A stretch of DNA of 62,941 bases, filler included, from Octopus bimaculoides (Eukaryota), in assembly GCF_001194135.2 (NCBI RefSeq). It is 4 parts of 3 records of this genome, joined end to end, with 100 filler letters (N's around TTAATTAATTAA, not from the genome) between each part and the next. Parts side by side here need not be neighbours in the genome. Positions count along the whole stretch, not along the records: positions 1 to 30,346 come from NC_068981.1; positions 30,447 to 48,180 come from NC_068981.1; 2 more parts are not named here. One strand, written 5' to 3'. Under the pieces are notes generated by a model, which was given only the letters and a program-made list of their open reading frames with translations, made no database searches and was not told the origin of the DNA. Of the stretch, positions 25,111-37,854 are shown one piece after another. Made by a program: the position numbers and the translations under genes. The stretch's first letter is position 1. Each line of letters opens with the position of its first letter.

Positions 25111-25254
25111 GCTATGAAGTTCTTCAAAGTCGTCCTCGAACTGTAGAGCATGTTCCAGTTTTAGGCTTACACCAAACAACAGCCAAACCTACATCTGGTC
25201 GTGTTGCAATCTTTGGAGATTCCAATTGTTTGGATAATAGCCACATGCTGAAAG
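25111..25254 (+). CDS. MBTPS1: S1P exon (last found): (G)YEVLQSRPRTVEHVPVLGLHQTTAKPTSGRVAIFGDSNCLDNSHMLK
   Basis: ttctttaaag| ... |gtgagg; 144 nt, phase 1-1. Matches human VPILGLYQ...GRIVLYGDSNCLDDSH. Confidence 0.95.
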
Positions 25255-25337
25255 GTGAGGTGATTCTTTTTCATATTTCTTACCTTGTGTTAACAGATGC
25301 ACACAGAAGATTGATATCATGGAGATGAATAAAACCT

Positions 25338-25748
25338 GTTAACTCTTTTGTTGCCCATCTACCTCAGACTGTCCTTGGTTCTGCAGTACAAGTTTCCTGT
25401 TTTAAAGCGATTTATATTAAAAACCTTTCATCAAAACTTCATGATCCAAATATCTTAATAATGACAAGTTATTGTATTAGACTTAAATTCTTTATTGTTT
25501 TCAAAATTAATTGGAACAAAAGCACGTAAAAGCACCCACTACACTCTTGGAGTGGTTGGCGTTAGGAAGGGCATCCAGCTGTAGAAACTCTGCCAAATCA
25601 GATTGGAGCCTGGTGCAACCATCCGGTTCATCAGTCCTCAGTCAAATCATCCAACCTATGCTAGCATGGAAAGCGGATATTAAACGATGATGATGATGAT
25701 GATGAAAAGCAGTTATTTCAGTAGAAATTTGGTAACAAAAAAGTTTAA
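25338..25748. mobile_element. TTAA-type MITE (21732-21951 family) interrupted by an RTE 3' end (25525-25704) with 7-bp TSD
   Basis: Termini ttaactcttttgttgcc / ggtaacaaaaaagtttaa. AAAAGCA is duplicated at 25518-25524 and 25705-25711. Confidence 0.72.
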
Positions 25749-28119
25749 AAATAAAAATTGTATTCGTTTATTCTTTAACTTGTTTACAATCATTTGACTG
25801 CGACCATGCTGGAGCACTGCCTTGAAGGGCTTTAGTCAAACAAATCGATCCCAGGACTTATTTTTTTAAGCCTAGTACTTATTCTTTTGTCGAACTGCCA
25901 AGTTATGGGGATGTAAACGCATGGCAATAGTGACTGATAGAATAAGTACTAGGCTTAAAAAATAAGTCCTGGGGTCAAATTTGTGCGGCTAAAAAAAAAA
26001 AACCATCAAGGGAGTGCTCCAGCATGGCTGCAGTCAAATGACTGAAACAAATAAAAGACTAAAAGAATGTAAGAGATATTGGAGCATGATGCAATCCCTG
26101 GACCCATCAGATCCTGTCAAACTGTCCACCACATGCCAACATGGAATATGGACATTAACTGATGAAGATGATGATGTAGACCTGTTTTATCAAATGAGTC
26201 CTTTCTTTATTTAACTCATTGCCTGTCCAAAGCATTTTCATAAGTTTGCCCTAAACATCCATGCTTGCTTTTGAACTTTTGTTTAGCCCTTGTTTTATGT
26301 GTTCTGAGTTACATAAAGCTTTCCCTTCATAAGTCTCAAGTTAAACTGTTGGTTGAATAAAATCGAGAATGTGTATCATATATGATGCATGGATGCCAAG
26401 GAAATATCTTATGTATCATGTGATACACTGGGCAGGCAAAAGGTTAAGATAGTAGAGTGTATTCTGAAGGCTACTCGTTGCTATTTCTAGCATGTTGACT
26501 GATGCTGTCGAGTCACTCTCATTGTGTTGTCATATTTGTTATACTGTAAGTTAGTAGTAGACAAATTTTTAACTTACATAGGATTAAATATAAAAATGTT
26601 ATTGAAATTTACAAGGAATAATTATTTTTTAACATGTTTTTAGATATTTTGGTTTACATTTTGTTTTACACATTTTAACTTACATTTTCTTCAGTGTTAC
26701 CATGTAAATATTGTACATCTGCATTTGTTTTTTCTTAATATATTTGGGAATATTTTCTGTAAAACCGATAGGTGCATGGCTGCATGGTTATAAAGTTTTG
26801 CTTCCTAACTACATGGTTATATATATTGTGTAGGTGGGGAAGATGGGAGATTATAGGCAGTTCAGAATGGAGGGTTGACAAGTAGCAGCCTGTAGATAGA
26901 TCAGAAAGTAGGGAGATGTTGTACAAGATGTGAGAGTGGAGGGCAGTTGGAGATGTACAGTGAAAGAGACGGAGGCCAGAGGTGCATAATGATGGTCACA
27001 GTGAGTGCGGAAACAAATGGTGGTGAGGAGCATTGATGGCTGATATGAAAGTGCACTGAGAGTGAAAGCAGATATGTGGGAAGGGATGATAATGAGAATC
27101 ATCATCACCATCATCATCATCATTGTTTAACATCTGCTTTCCATGCGGCATGGGTTGGACAGTCTGTCATGGAGCTGGCTAGCAGAGAGCTGTCCAGACT
27201 CTAGCTGTCCTGTTGTGAAATGGTTTCTATGGCTGGATGCCCTTTCTAATGCCAATCACTTAACAGAGTGTGCTGGGTGCCTTTTATGTGGCACCAACAC
27301 TTGAAAGGACAAGCCTGTATGTGTGGAAGACAAAGATTTTACTTAGCTTGTTGTATCTTATCAAATACTACAAATTACCACATCTCCTGGTCCTTTATCA
27401 TTTCCTCAGTGAGGCTCAGAGGGATGGATATAATAGGAACTGGTTCCAGAGGGAGTAAGTAACTGGTAATGCCAAAAGATGGAGATGAAATCTGTGTTGA
27501 TTCTGTTCTCATGGGATATCATTAGCTAAGTAGTGCTATGAAGGGTGATGAAGGGATGGGTGTTAGAAGGATGAGATGTGGAGAATGCTTCATAGGGAAA
27601 GTTGAGTACATGGGACCAGCATGTACAGGCATAAACAAAATGCTTTTGGGAATTTGTTTGAAGTTTTTTACCATTGCAGAATTGAAGCTGGTCACTTCCA
27701 AAATGGCAAGGCTCTATTGTTTAAGTCAAGTCAGCTCTCAGGACTTGTGGTTACCTGTATTGGTTGTTGCATGCATATATTTGTGAGTATTGTGTGCATA
27801 TGTGCAACATCATCATCATCATTTAGCATCTGTTTTCTGTGTTGGCATGGGTAAGACAGTTTGACTGGAGCTGGTAAGCCAGAGAGCTTACCAGCTGTAC
27901 CAGGCTCCAGTCTGTTTTGGCTTGGCCTTTATAGCTGGATGTCCTTCCTAATGCCAACCGTGCCACTGAGTATGTGTGTGGATAACCTTTGCACTTGTGG
28001 ATGCGTGTGTCAAGTTAAAACACAAGTAAATGTTTTATTACTGTTTATGTGTGTGTGTGTGTGTGTGTATTTGTATGTATTCCATATGTATATGTATTGT
28101 GTGCATTTGTTCACTCAGG

Positions 28120-29520
28120 AACTTCAAATGGAGAATCTATGAAATGTTTTATGAATTTTTACTGTTCTTTTTATTGATTGTATCTGGAGAATGTGAATCA
28201 ATCTGCACTGTTCTTGTTTTGGAGAATCAAACCTTTTCTAGGTTTCTATGTAGATCTGTTGTTACATAGCCCTGTGCATCTATGATGATAGGAACAAATG
28301 AAAATCTCTAGTCTGGATAAAAGAACTGTAGGTTTCTCATTAGTTCTCTGTAGATGTTCTGTTTTCCGCCATTTTTTGAATAAGCATTCACATCCACTGG
28401 GCAACTGATCTCTGCAGTGGTGCACGATTTTTGCTCCCTGTCCCATACAATTATATCTTACATTAGGTTGCTGTTTTTGTTGAGATGTTTCATCAGTATT
28501 TATTTTTAATGATGTGGATACTTACTGGTTCTGGTGTGCCTTTGGGACAGTCCTTCCCGTGTATAGCATTGTGGATCATCTCAGCAACAATGTCATGTCT
28601 CATAGAAAGTAGTATTTTGCAGACACTTTTGGACAGCTACTGAAGACATGAGTGACCTCTTCCACACTGATGTGGCACAATCCACACTTTGTATCACATC
28701 ATGATGGTTTAGAGGCATCCTTATCTCTTTGGTTGATCAGGTATTTAGGAATCTAGTAGCAATCTCCTGTTTTTGAATAGCAAAAGCATAGCCCTCTAGG
28801 TGAGATATCATATACTCATCATAGGTCCAGGAGAGACTACCATACCTGTCAATATTGTTGGTGATGAGCTGGCAGAAATGTTAGCATGCCAGGCGAAATG
28901 CTTAGTGGTTTTTCATCTGTCTTTACGTTCTGAGTTCAAATTCCGCTGAGGTCGACCTTGCCTTTCATGCTTTTGGGGTCGATTAATTAAGTACCAGCTG
29001 AGTACTGGGGTCAATCCCCCAAAAATTTTGGGCCTTGTGCCGAGAGTAGAAAAGAATATTATTGGCATTTTCTTGCTTACAGGTTATATCTCTATGCATA
29101 ACTTTTTGCTGCTTTGATGTGTATCTCTCTTCCAAGAATCTGTTTAAGTTAGTTCAGCTACCTTGGTTCAAATAAAAAAGCTGTAAGCTCAGAGTTCAGG
29201 AGTTCTCTATCTAAACTTGCTTCCACTTATTGAATATGTATGTTACATATTCATTTATTTCTTTGCTGTTCAGTTGGTGTTGTCTCATTGAAACAATGTA
29301 ACACTCAAAAGCTGTCTGGACTGATCTTTTGCCTCTGTCTCCCTCCTCTTGTTTAACATAGATCTTGTCTGTATCACTGTAGATATGGAAGTTACCGGTC
29401 ATTGTAAGGGTTCCTAGTCCTGATGTCTAAGTTGTGGATTTCTTCAAGCATCCAATCTAATATCCCAGAGATTTGTACTAGCACTGTCACTGCAAGAGCA
29501 TTGTGGGATATAAAGCTATT
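28120..29520 (-). mobile_element. Degraded R4-clade RLE LINE (post-RT region, CCHC knuckle, RLE), interrupted by a SINE at ~28865-29050
   Basis: Minus frames: LTMTGNFHIYSDTDKIY; EGYAFAIQKQEIATR; CGLCHISVEEVTHVFSSC (C-x2-C-x8-H-x4-C); RHDIVAEMIHN; ...EISCPVDVN...FVPIII.ALGYV. Confidence 0.82.
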
Positions 29521-30346
29521 AGATAATGAATAAATAAGTATTACATATAATAGAATAATCTGAATGCAAATAGTATTCATTCCTTTGCAGAGCATAGTTT
29601 CGATCTACAGACCTCTGGGTTATGGGTCCAGCACACTTCCATTACACCATTCTACCCAATGAGTTATTAAGCAAATATATAATGCTTTATTGCATGTATT
29701 GTCTGTCTGTTCTGGTTAACATTACTTGTATTACATCATCCATCATATGTTATTTATTCATAATTAATTTATTCCTCTGCATTGGTCTATTTCAAATGTA
29801 CAAAACATAGTAACTGCACAATACGTACTACAGCACTGGGATGTTAATTAACTTACCAAAAGGTGACATTTCACTTTGCTGATACTCCACCAGTCACATC
29901 TGACAAACCACATGCATAGAGCTTAGCGTTGCAAATTTTTCAGAGTGTCTCTTCGTTTGTTATTTTCAGATCAGCCAGTAGCAAATCAATTCTATAAATG
30001 TTTCCCCAGCACAGTATAGTGAGTGGGCTATTCTAAATATTCTATAGCAATACTAAACACTCATAAGACTTACGTTATGTGGTACTTACGAAGGGAATTG
30101 ATTTATTTGTTGCAAATGCTCTTAAATCAGTTTTCGAGTCCCCAAATATCAACAGCTTCCATGTGTCAAATTTGAATGACAGTTGTATGTTTTCTTCCAA
30201 ACGTGTAATATAAAACTGAGTAAGGCCCCACATTTCATGCCTGTCAGAAATACTGGTTCAAGTGGACTTGAGTTAGTTTATGACATATTTTTTTTTAATG
30301 AAATCATTGGGAAATGCATGACTATGTATGTATATATATGTATGTA

Positions 30347-30446
30347 NNNNNNNNNNNNNNNNNNNNNNNNNNNNNNNNNNNNNNNNNNNNTTAATTAATT
30401 AANNNNNNNNNNNNNNNNNNNNNNNNNNNNNNNNNNNNNNNNNNNN
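30347..30446. other. 100-bp assembly join: 44 N + TTAATTAATTAA + 44 N (same at 48181-48280 and 59600-59699)
   Basis: Identical 44/12/44 layout three times. The 12-mer has stops in all six frames, typical of an artificial linker. Confidence 0.92.
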
Positions 30447-30715
30447 AAACAATTCCTATCATAGTAGGTGCCTTAGGTATAATAAAAAAATATTCAGACA
30501 AATACATAACAAAAACACCAGGACTTAGAAATATATATAACATACAGAAAATTGCACTACTGGGTACTGCACACATTCTACGCAAAACACTTTCAATACA
30601 GTAAACATAAGAGCACCACAGCAAACCACAGCACATACCCAAGGCGCACAGAGCTGCGCTCGGTAGTGAAGTGAAAGCACGTTATAAAAATAAAACTACT
30701 GAATAATAATAATAA
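30447..30715 (+). mobile_element. R4/Dong-like LINE 3' end with (AAT)n tail, cut by a gap
   Basis: TIPIIVGALGIIKKYSDKYITKTPGLRNIYNIQKIALLGTAHILRKTLSIQ*, then UTR and aataataat. Confidence 0.85.
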
Positions 30716-31005
30716 TAATAATTTAATATATTATTAATCGTTTTTCTTAATGCTAATATTTTGTATTCCCCTCAGAGAAAGAAAACAAATTTGCCTTGAA
30801 GAATTGTTTGTCTCAATGCAGTGATGCGATGAAGACTTATGTTAAAACGTATGCTTTTTCAGTGATCACTCTCACTTTCGTTATCAGCTCACTAGATATT
30901 ATTTAGTTTTATAAGATAATTTACATTACTTAAAATATGAATGTATTTTACAATAATGATGTAGGAAGTAATTATCTGTAATATTATCCCCGTTAATATT
31001 ATTAG

Positions 31006-31354
31006 TGGGGAGAATTTACAAAATAATAAAAGACGAAGAGAGGTGGTGTAGACTACAAACAGATGTGTTAGTTGAATGTTCGGGAATGGAAAAGTCTTTA
31101 ATGTGTTGAGCCTACGCTCTTCCACAGAAAGGAACACAGAAAGAAACAAGGAAAGAAAATAAAGAGGGAAAATAAAGAGACTGTCCTTGTTTCTTTATTT
31201 TCTCTCTTTATTTTCTCTCTTTCTGTGTTCCTTTCTGTGCAAGAACGTAGGCTCGAAACGTTAAAGACTTTGTTTCCCTTCCCGAGCGTTAAACTAATAC
31301 ATCTGTTTGTTGTCTATACCACCTGTTCTCGTCTTTTTTTTGTGAATTCTCCCC
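31006..31354. mobile_element. Foldback (palindromic) non-coding element with a hammerhead-like motif in each arm
   Basis: 31006-31170 is the reverse complement of ~31190-31354 (termini ggggagaatt(t/c)acaaaa). Confidence 0.75.
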
Positions 31355-31834
31355 ATATATTACACGCTCACGTGTTCGCACCAGTTGATACTGTTTCCTC
31401 TTATCACCCAACGAACTTTTGCAGATTCTCTACCAGGACTTTCTACCATCATACACGTCAGCTGCACCTATCCTGCCCATGGATTACACTGGACTCCTCT
31501 GTTGATTAATATTACTATTATTGTTTAACTATTGCGACATTACTAAATATTTAATGGAATGAAAACACTTTCACTTTTGTATGAAAGACATTAGTAAAAT
31601 CAGTATACATATCTAGCTTTCTAAGTATATACTTGAAGAAGGCAATATTAAAACAACGCATGAAACAACCCTTTACTGATTCGCTATCAGATGTTTAAAT
31701 ACAGTTCATGACTTCTCTGAGTACGATTTACAAATATAGTTATTTGATAATATGCATACAAACTAAAATGACACAGCTTAAATTGCATCGTGGAAAATGC
31801 AAAAAGGCCAGATGTTGGTTTTACTTGCTTTTCT

Positions 31835-32090
31835 CATGGCATGCGCAGACATGCGTGTAAATTGTAAAGGTATGTTAGGCGCCAGCATAATTTACCCAAT
31901 ACTTAATTCGAGAGATTTTTTTTAATGTTGTGCTCTTCTGGCCAATGATGTTTCCTTCGTTTTACGCATGTAAGTAAAGTGTAGTGGCGGCTGATACCAG
32001 TCGCCATTTTGGAGAGTTTATCCACGCAGGTGCAGGGACTAGTCTTCTGGAAGGAATGCAGGAAGTCCCTCGTGCGCATGCGTGATCATC
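31835..32090. promoter_or_regulatory. Candidate CpG-rich housekeeping promoter (NRF1-, CCAAT-, YY1- and ETS-like motifs)
   Basis: GCATGCGCA 31839-47, CCAAT 31942-46, CGCCATTTTG 32002-11, CAGGAAGT 32059-66, TGCGCATGCGT 32073-83, in non-repetitive CpG-rich sequence. Motif evidence only. Confidence 0.35.
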
Positions 32091-34321
32091 CAACATCCAA
32101 GCGTTCCCGCGTCTCTCTGCCTCTTTTGCTAGACGTCTCGACAGCAGCTCTCCGTCAACTCTACAATGAATCCGCATAGTTAACCAGAGAGGAGGAAATG
32201 ACTTCAAATCACGCAATTTCATTGAAGGTGTCTCATCTAACCAAAGGCGACATGCTACCGAATTCCATCCTAGTGTGAGCAGAATTCTACTGTAACAAGT
32301 ATTTGTTATGCTGTTTTAGTTCAGATTCCACGTTCCGTTTTCCTCCTTGAAGAATTTAATGTACGGAATTGGGATACACAGGATGGTGTGTACCCTCTTC
32401 CCTAGAAAAGTATCGTTAAGTAAATATTAATTTCATAGTGCATTTCCTGTTGATAAATTATAATAGCAAGATTAATATATTTTTACTGTGTTCAATAAAC
32501 GTCATTTCGAAATTAGAATTCTTTTTTGGAGCGGGGAACAGGTTCGAGACGAATAATTTTAATCATCATTTTCGATGCTTAATCAATCGTATGCTGGAAG
32601 AAAAATGATGCCTTAAGCACATAAAATAGTACGTTAATATTGCTCCACATTTAATTTTAAATACGATGTGTATAAATTTCTATCATGAAACCATATTCAG
32701 AATGATTTTAGCTAATCCCCTTCCTAATATCTCGAGGATGATTTCAACTTTATTTGCCGAGTAATGTGCCATAACGTTTAAGCCAAATTCAGCCACGTCA
32801 AACGGTTTCGTAGATACTCAACGTTGATTTCAGTATAATTGTTTTAAATAATAATCGTTGAGAATGCCAATGCAAAACGGAATAAAATGCCAATTCACTA
32901 TCACACACCAATATTTCGATGCAAATTCGAGCTGAAAAATACACAGTCTTAAACATCCGACTTTCAGTCCTTTTATCAATTCCAACTGAATACTGAGGGT
33001 GCTATAGATGGATGAAGAGAGTGAGATAGAAGCAACATGCTGCTATTCATCTTCAACTAAATATATTAGAGCAAACTTAGAAGACGAAACTGGCGCAACA
33101 GCACCTTAAGATGAAGATCACTTCATTCTGGATTGTAAGCAATACGCTTCTTTTCTTTCGGGCCCCGATCCATTGTAACTGCTCTCCATTCAGATAATTT
33201 TCCCCGCCAAAACAGTCAGCATATCTCTAATGTATATATTTATCGTACAGCTGGAAATGTGTAGGTGTTCAACATTATCATAAACTGTCAGTCTCACCAA
33301 TCTCGCTGGACATGTAAATCTTAGAATATGGCCTGTTACTCTCGACGATACTGTTGCAAAGTCAACACATATTTAATTTTAGTTTAAGCTAACACGCCAC
33401 GCTTGACTTCAAAATTCGTCCACCTTACCTCGGCGAGCTCACAGAGTCGTTTGCACGCAGTCCAAATTTACTGCGAAGAATTTCGCCCGTCGTTACGTTT
33501 TGAGTTCATATTCTGCCGAGGTCGACTTTGCCTTTCATGATGTTAGGGTTGATAAGAGAAGTGGCAGTTTAGCAGTGGGCTAAATATAATCGAATTAATC
33601 CCTAACCCAATACTGATGACTCTGAGCCAGAATTTTATATCAATATTCACACATGCTAGAATATGTATTTAAAACTGTATTTTAAACAGTGTATCCAGTT
33701 ACTTTATAGGAACAATAATTTGTAATAATCCTACAACATCTATATTTTTGTTCTGGACACAACTCATTCTTATTGAAATTTAACAAATTGTGTAACACCT
33801 ATACTTAAATGAAATTGCATTTTACATTCGAGATATCTGCACAGTTACTTACGAGGAACTAAATTTATTATACGTCTTAACAAACTGTCTTACGGTACAC
33901 TCTCTGTATAACCAATGCAAGGGAAACTACTGATTTCTAAATAGCTATCGCACTGTGTGGCGTACGACCGTTGTGTACTAGAGTACAAGTGATCAAATAT
34001 TGACCTTGCTTTCAAAATGGTAACAGCCATTAGAGATTCATAATGAATGAACGTATCACAATATTTGTTGAAGTGAAGTATAACCTAATTATAATTCCAA
34101 ATCTACAGTGCAAAGGATTCTTAGAATTATTATTCCAATGCATCAAGTCTTAGCAAAGAATCAAAGTAGAAATCTATTGATTTTTGTGGCATTAGTCGGT
34201 TAGTATTGTGTAGCAGCTTGGAATGCAAGATTTTGTATATACAACAGAGGAAATATTTGGCAATAATACACAAATAGAAGCAAATGTGTATCGATTAGGA
34301 ATATTGTCTGTACTATCATTT

Positions 34322-34358
<37 letters not shown>

Positions 34359-34365
34359 CGTGTGT

Positions 34366-34430
<65 letters not shown>

Positions 34431-34640
34431 CATACAACATATACAAACTAAAATAGAAACCTTAAGGTTCCGAAATCAAAAGCACGGTATACATATACCT
34501 ACAACAGACAAACATACCTGCGTGCATATGTATGTCTACGTGCGTCTATACGTATGTATGTGATAATACATGTATAAACCTGCGTTATTACATATACATT
34601 AATATGTATACATACATCCTACATATGTATATATATATAC

Positions 34641-34672
<32 letters not shown>

Positions 34673-35649
34673 NNNNNNNNNNGTGTGTGTGAAGGCGCAT
34701 GGCTCAGTGGTTAGAGAATCGAGCTTACGATCATGAGGTTGTGCGTTCGATTCCCGGTAACTTTCTAGGTTTAACCCCATAGTCATTCATTAGAGATTCA
34801 TAATGAATGAACGTATCACAATATTTGTTGAAGTGAAGTATAACGTAATTATAATTCCAAATCTACGGTGCAAAGGATTCTTANNNNNNNNNNNNNNNNN
34901 NNNNNNNNNNNNNNNNNNNNNNNNNNNNNNNNNNNNNNNNNNNNNNNNNNNNNNNNNNNNNNNNNNNNNNNNNNNNNNNNNNNNNNNNNNNNNNNNNNNN
35001 NNNNNNNNNNNNNNNNNNNNNNNNNNNNNNNNNNNNNNNNNNNNNNNNNNNNNNNNNNNNNNNNNNNNNNNNNNNNNNNNNNNNNNNNNNNNNNNNNNNN
35101 NNNNNNNNNNNNNNNNNNNNNNNNNNNNNNNNNNNNNNNNNNNNNNNNNNNNNNNNNNNNNNNNNNNNNNNNNNNNNNNNNNNNNNNNNNNNNNNNNNNN
35201 NNNNNNNNNNNNNNNNNNNNNNNNNNNNNNNNNNNNNNNNNNNNNNNNNNNNNNNNNNNNNNNNNNNNNNNNNNNNNNNNNNNNNNNNNNNNNNNNNNNN
35301 NNNNNNNNNNNNNNNNNNNNNNNNNNNNNNNNNNNNNNNNNNNNNNNNNNNNNNNNNNNNNNNNNNNNNNNNNNNNNNNNNNNNNNNNNNNNNNNNNNNN
35401 NNNNNNNNNNNNNNNNNNNNNNNNNNNNNNNNNNNNNNNNNAAGGAAGCATCGAAGAAGAAGAAGAAAATACGGGAGTGGTATGACAGTAATATGATATT
35501 GGTGGAATCCTCTTAAATTGTCCAGTGACCTAAAGAAACCTATCGCGGTTGTAATAGTAGTGATTGGAATTGTTCTGAATAAATTAATGGGTTGTAGCTG
35601 CTCTGAATATATCGTTTGTAATTCTAAGGCCCTTGTAGTAGTGTCATTT

Positions 35650-37085
35650 GTGGTGGAAGCATTCAAAAGGGGTTTATATTTTGTGATAAATATGACTCTT
35701 TGCTAATGCGCTAATTATAGGTTGCATCGTCCCTGAAGTTGGGTTGTTCGTTAGTGGCGCAAATAATGAGTTTTGATCTGGGATTTGTGCAGAGTTATCC
35801 TTTGACGTAGACTGTTTTTGGTTAGTCCTATGTATTTCTATCGACACTCTGAGCAAGTTAATACATATATTAGGTTTTCCGAAGCACATGTATTTTACTG
35901 TGAAACGTCGACCCTGTTTGAAAGAGAAATCCTATCCCACAATTAGGTCTTCCACATTTATTTTACTGCCGAGTTAGTGTTGTGGAGTGCACTTTGGTTT
36001 GTGTTTGGTGACTTGTCATAGATTTGGGTTGTCTTTTGCTCTTTATGATGGTGTGCATTTGGAGGATTTAAATTCATTCTGTGGTCCCTTTTTAGTAGGA
36101 GTTTTTTTCTGGAGGATGGTGTCGAGGGCTTCATTGTTAATTTGGTTGAATGTGGAGATGAATGGTAGGGCTTTTGGCTGTAAATCCTTCTTTAGTTTGG
36201 GATGTCCGAGTTCATGGATGTTGAGTTGTAGGGCACGTTGAAAGCCTATATCAATTAGTGATTATGGATAGTTCCTAGTAATGAGTGTATCTTTTTGAAC
36301 ATGTAGTTGTGTGTCCCTAGTGCCTGTATTACAAATTATAGTACTAATACCTTTTGCTAGGTTGAATGGGATATTCATCCTAGTGTGTCTCGAGTGGTAT
36401 GATTTGAACGGTAGATATTGCTTGGAGTCCGTGGGCTTATAGTATATATTTCTATTTTGTTGCTAGATTTCTTAATGAGGATGTCGAAGAATAGAAGTTA
36501 TTGTAAATTGAATGTTTATGTCAAGTCCATTTATAAGTGCTTGGAATACTTTAAGTATCTCTATACTTTAATTTCAAAGAATGAAACAGTCATCAAGATA
36601 CCTCTTCCAGTTATTTTCTATGTAGAGGGAAAATGGTTTGCCTGTTTTTCTAGTACGTTACGATAAAGCCTGATTTCTAGATATCCCATGAGTAGGTCAG
36701 GAAAGGAGGAGGCATTCCCGTACCCATCGCAATCCAGGATTTTTATCGAGTGAAGTTGTCTTTGAAAACAAAGAAGTTATTCTCCAAGATGAATTTTAGC
36801 CCTTCTATTACGAATTCTTTTTTGATGCAATGTGAGAGTTTATTGGCGAAAATCTCTTGCTAGAATTGAATTGCCTCTATTCCTAGGCTGTGGGGGATAT
36901 TAGAATAAACGTTGACTATATGGAAGGATACTAGTAGAGTGTTTTTGTTTATTGCTTTAGCGGGGCGGTTGAACATATCTAGGTTATCCCTTATGTAGCT
37001 CTTGATATGCTAGAGGATTGGTTTTAAGAGAGTATCTAAAATGTTACTAAGGTTGTGAGTTTCGCATGCGGGACCTGGTATTTGT
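35650..37085 (-). mobile_element. Degraded Penelope-like element (RT + GIY-YIG endonuclease)
   Basis: Minus frames with stops and frameshifts: IAMGT...LLMGYLE; WKRYLDDCFI (36581-36609); YYKPTDSKQYL.F; NLIYVLTCSEC..KYIGLTKNSLRQRITLHKSQIK (~35770-35880). Confidence 0.85.
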
Positions 37086-37854
37086 TGCGGCCGTTTTCGT
37101 TCTGAGTTCAAATTACTTCACGGCTTTCTTGGATGTTACACTTGGTTAGACTACTGTATTTCATACCTGGCACATAATGTCTCTTTAGATGAGATCACAC
37201 TGTTCCACGCGCTCATTCCTAATATAGAGTGTGAGGATACATACTTTCCAACAATCCAGTAGATCCTGTAAGGAAGCATATGACCACCCGTTTGACATGA
37301 CTTAGAAATTAGAAAATATTCTATCGTTACACGATCATGGCCAAATATAAGCTAAAACAGAATTTCAAACAAATGTATGGCTATTTTAACTTTACTTGTA
37401 CTTGTTTTAGTTATTGGATTTCAGCAATAACTGGATATACATTGGGAAGATTTACATGAATATTTCACCCATAGTACTTATTTTAAATTTAAAAGTTATT
37501 CTACTGGTCACTTTTCACTGAACAGCTAAGGTAGCGGGCATGAGCAGAAAAAGCGCCGGAAATCAGGAAGTGACACTAAAGCACACACACGCATTCATTC
37601 TAAAGTATCAACTCATTGTCAATGTATGTAGATAATTTTTTGAGTGTTATTTCAAATTTTTTTTGCTGATAGAGAAAGAGCCGGTTTCTAAGCTCGATCC
37701 AAGCACGTTCAGTAGAATTTCAACATCAACAACAGGGTATTGTTGTATGTATGTATGTATGTATGTAAGTTTGTATGTGCAGATTTGTATGTTTCATGTA
37801 TGCCTTCTCATGCATATAGTTGCATATCTGGACATTCTCCTATATATTTAAATT

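Noticed and set aside
27909-27950. ag|tctgttttggc as the missing DCFW exon of MBTPS1
   Set aside because: Translates VCFGLAFIAGCPS* and lies inside a (CAT)n-tailed repeat.
30391-30402. TTAATTAATTAA palindrome recurring three times
   Set aside because: Always centred in an exact 44N/12/44N block (also 48225-48236, 59644-59655); an artificial scaffolding linker, not biology.
31962-32222. 86-aa minus ORF over the CpG-rich island
   Set aside because: No recognisable domain; open frames are expected in locally GC-richer DNA.
33009-33110. Short + ORF MDEESEIEATCC...
   Set aside because: 33 codons, weak acceptor and no similarity recognised.
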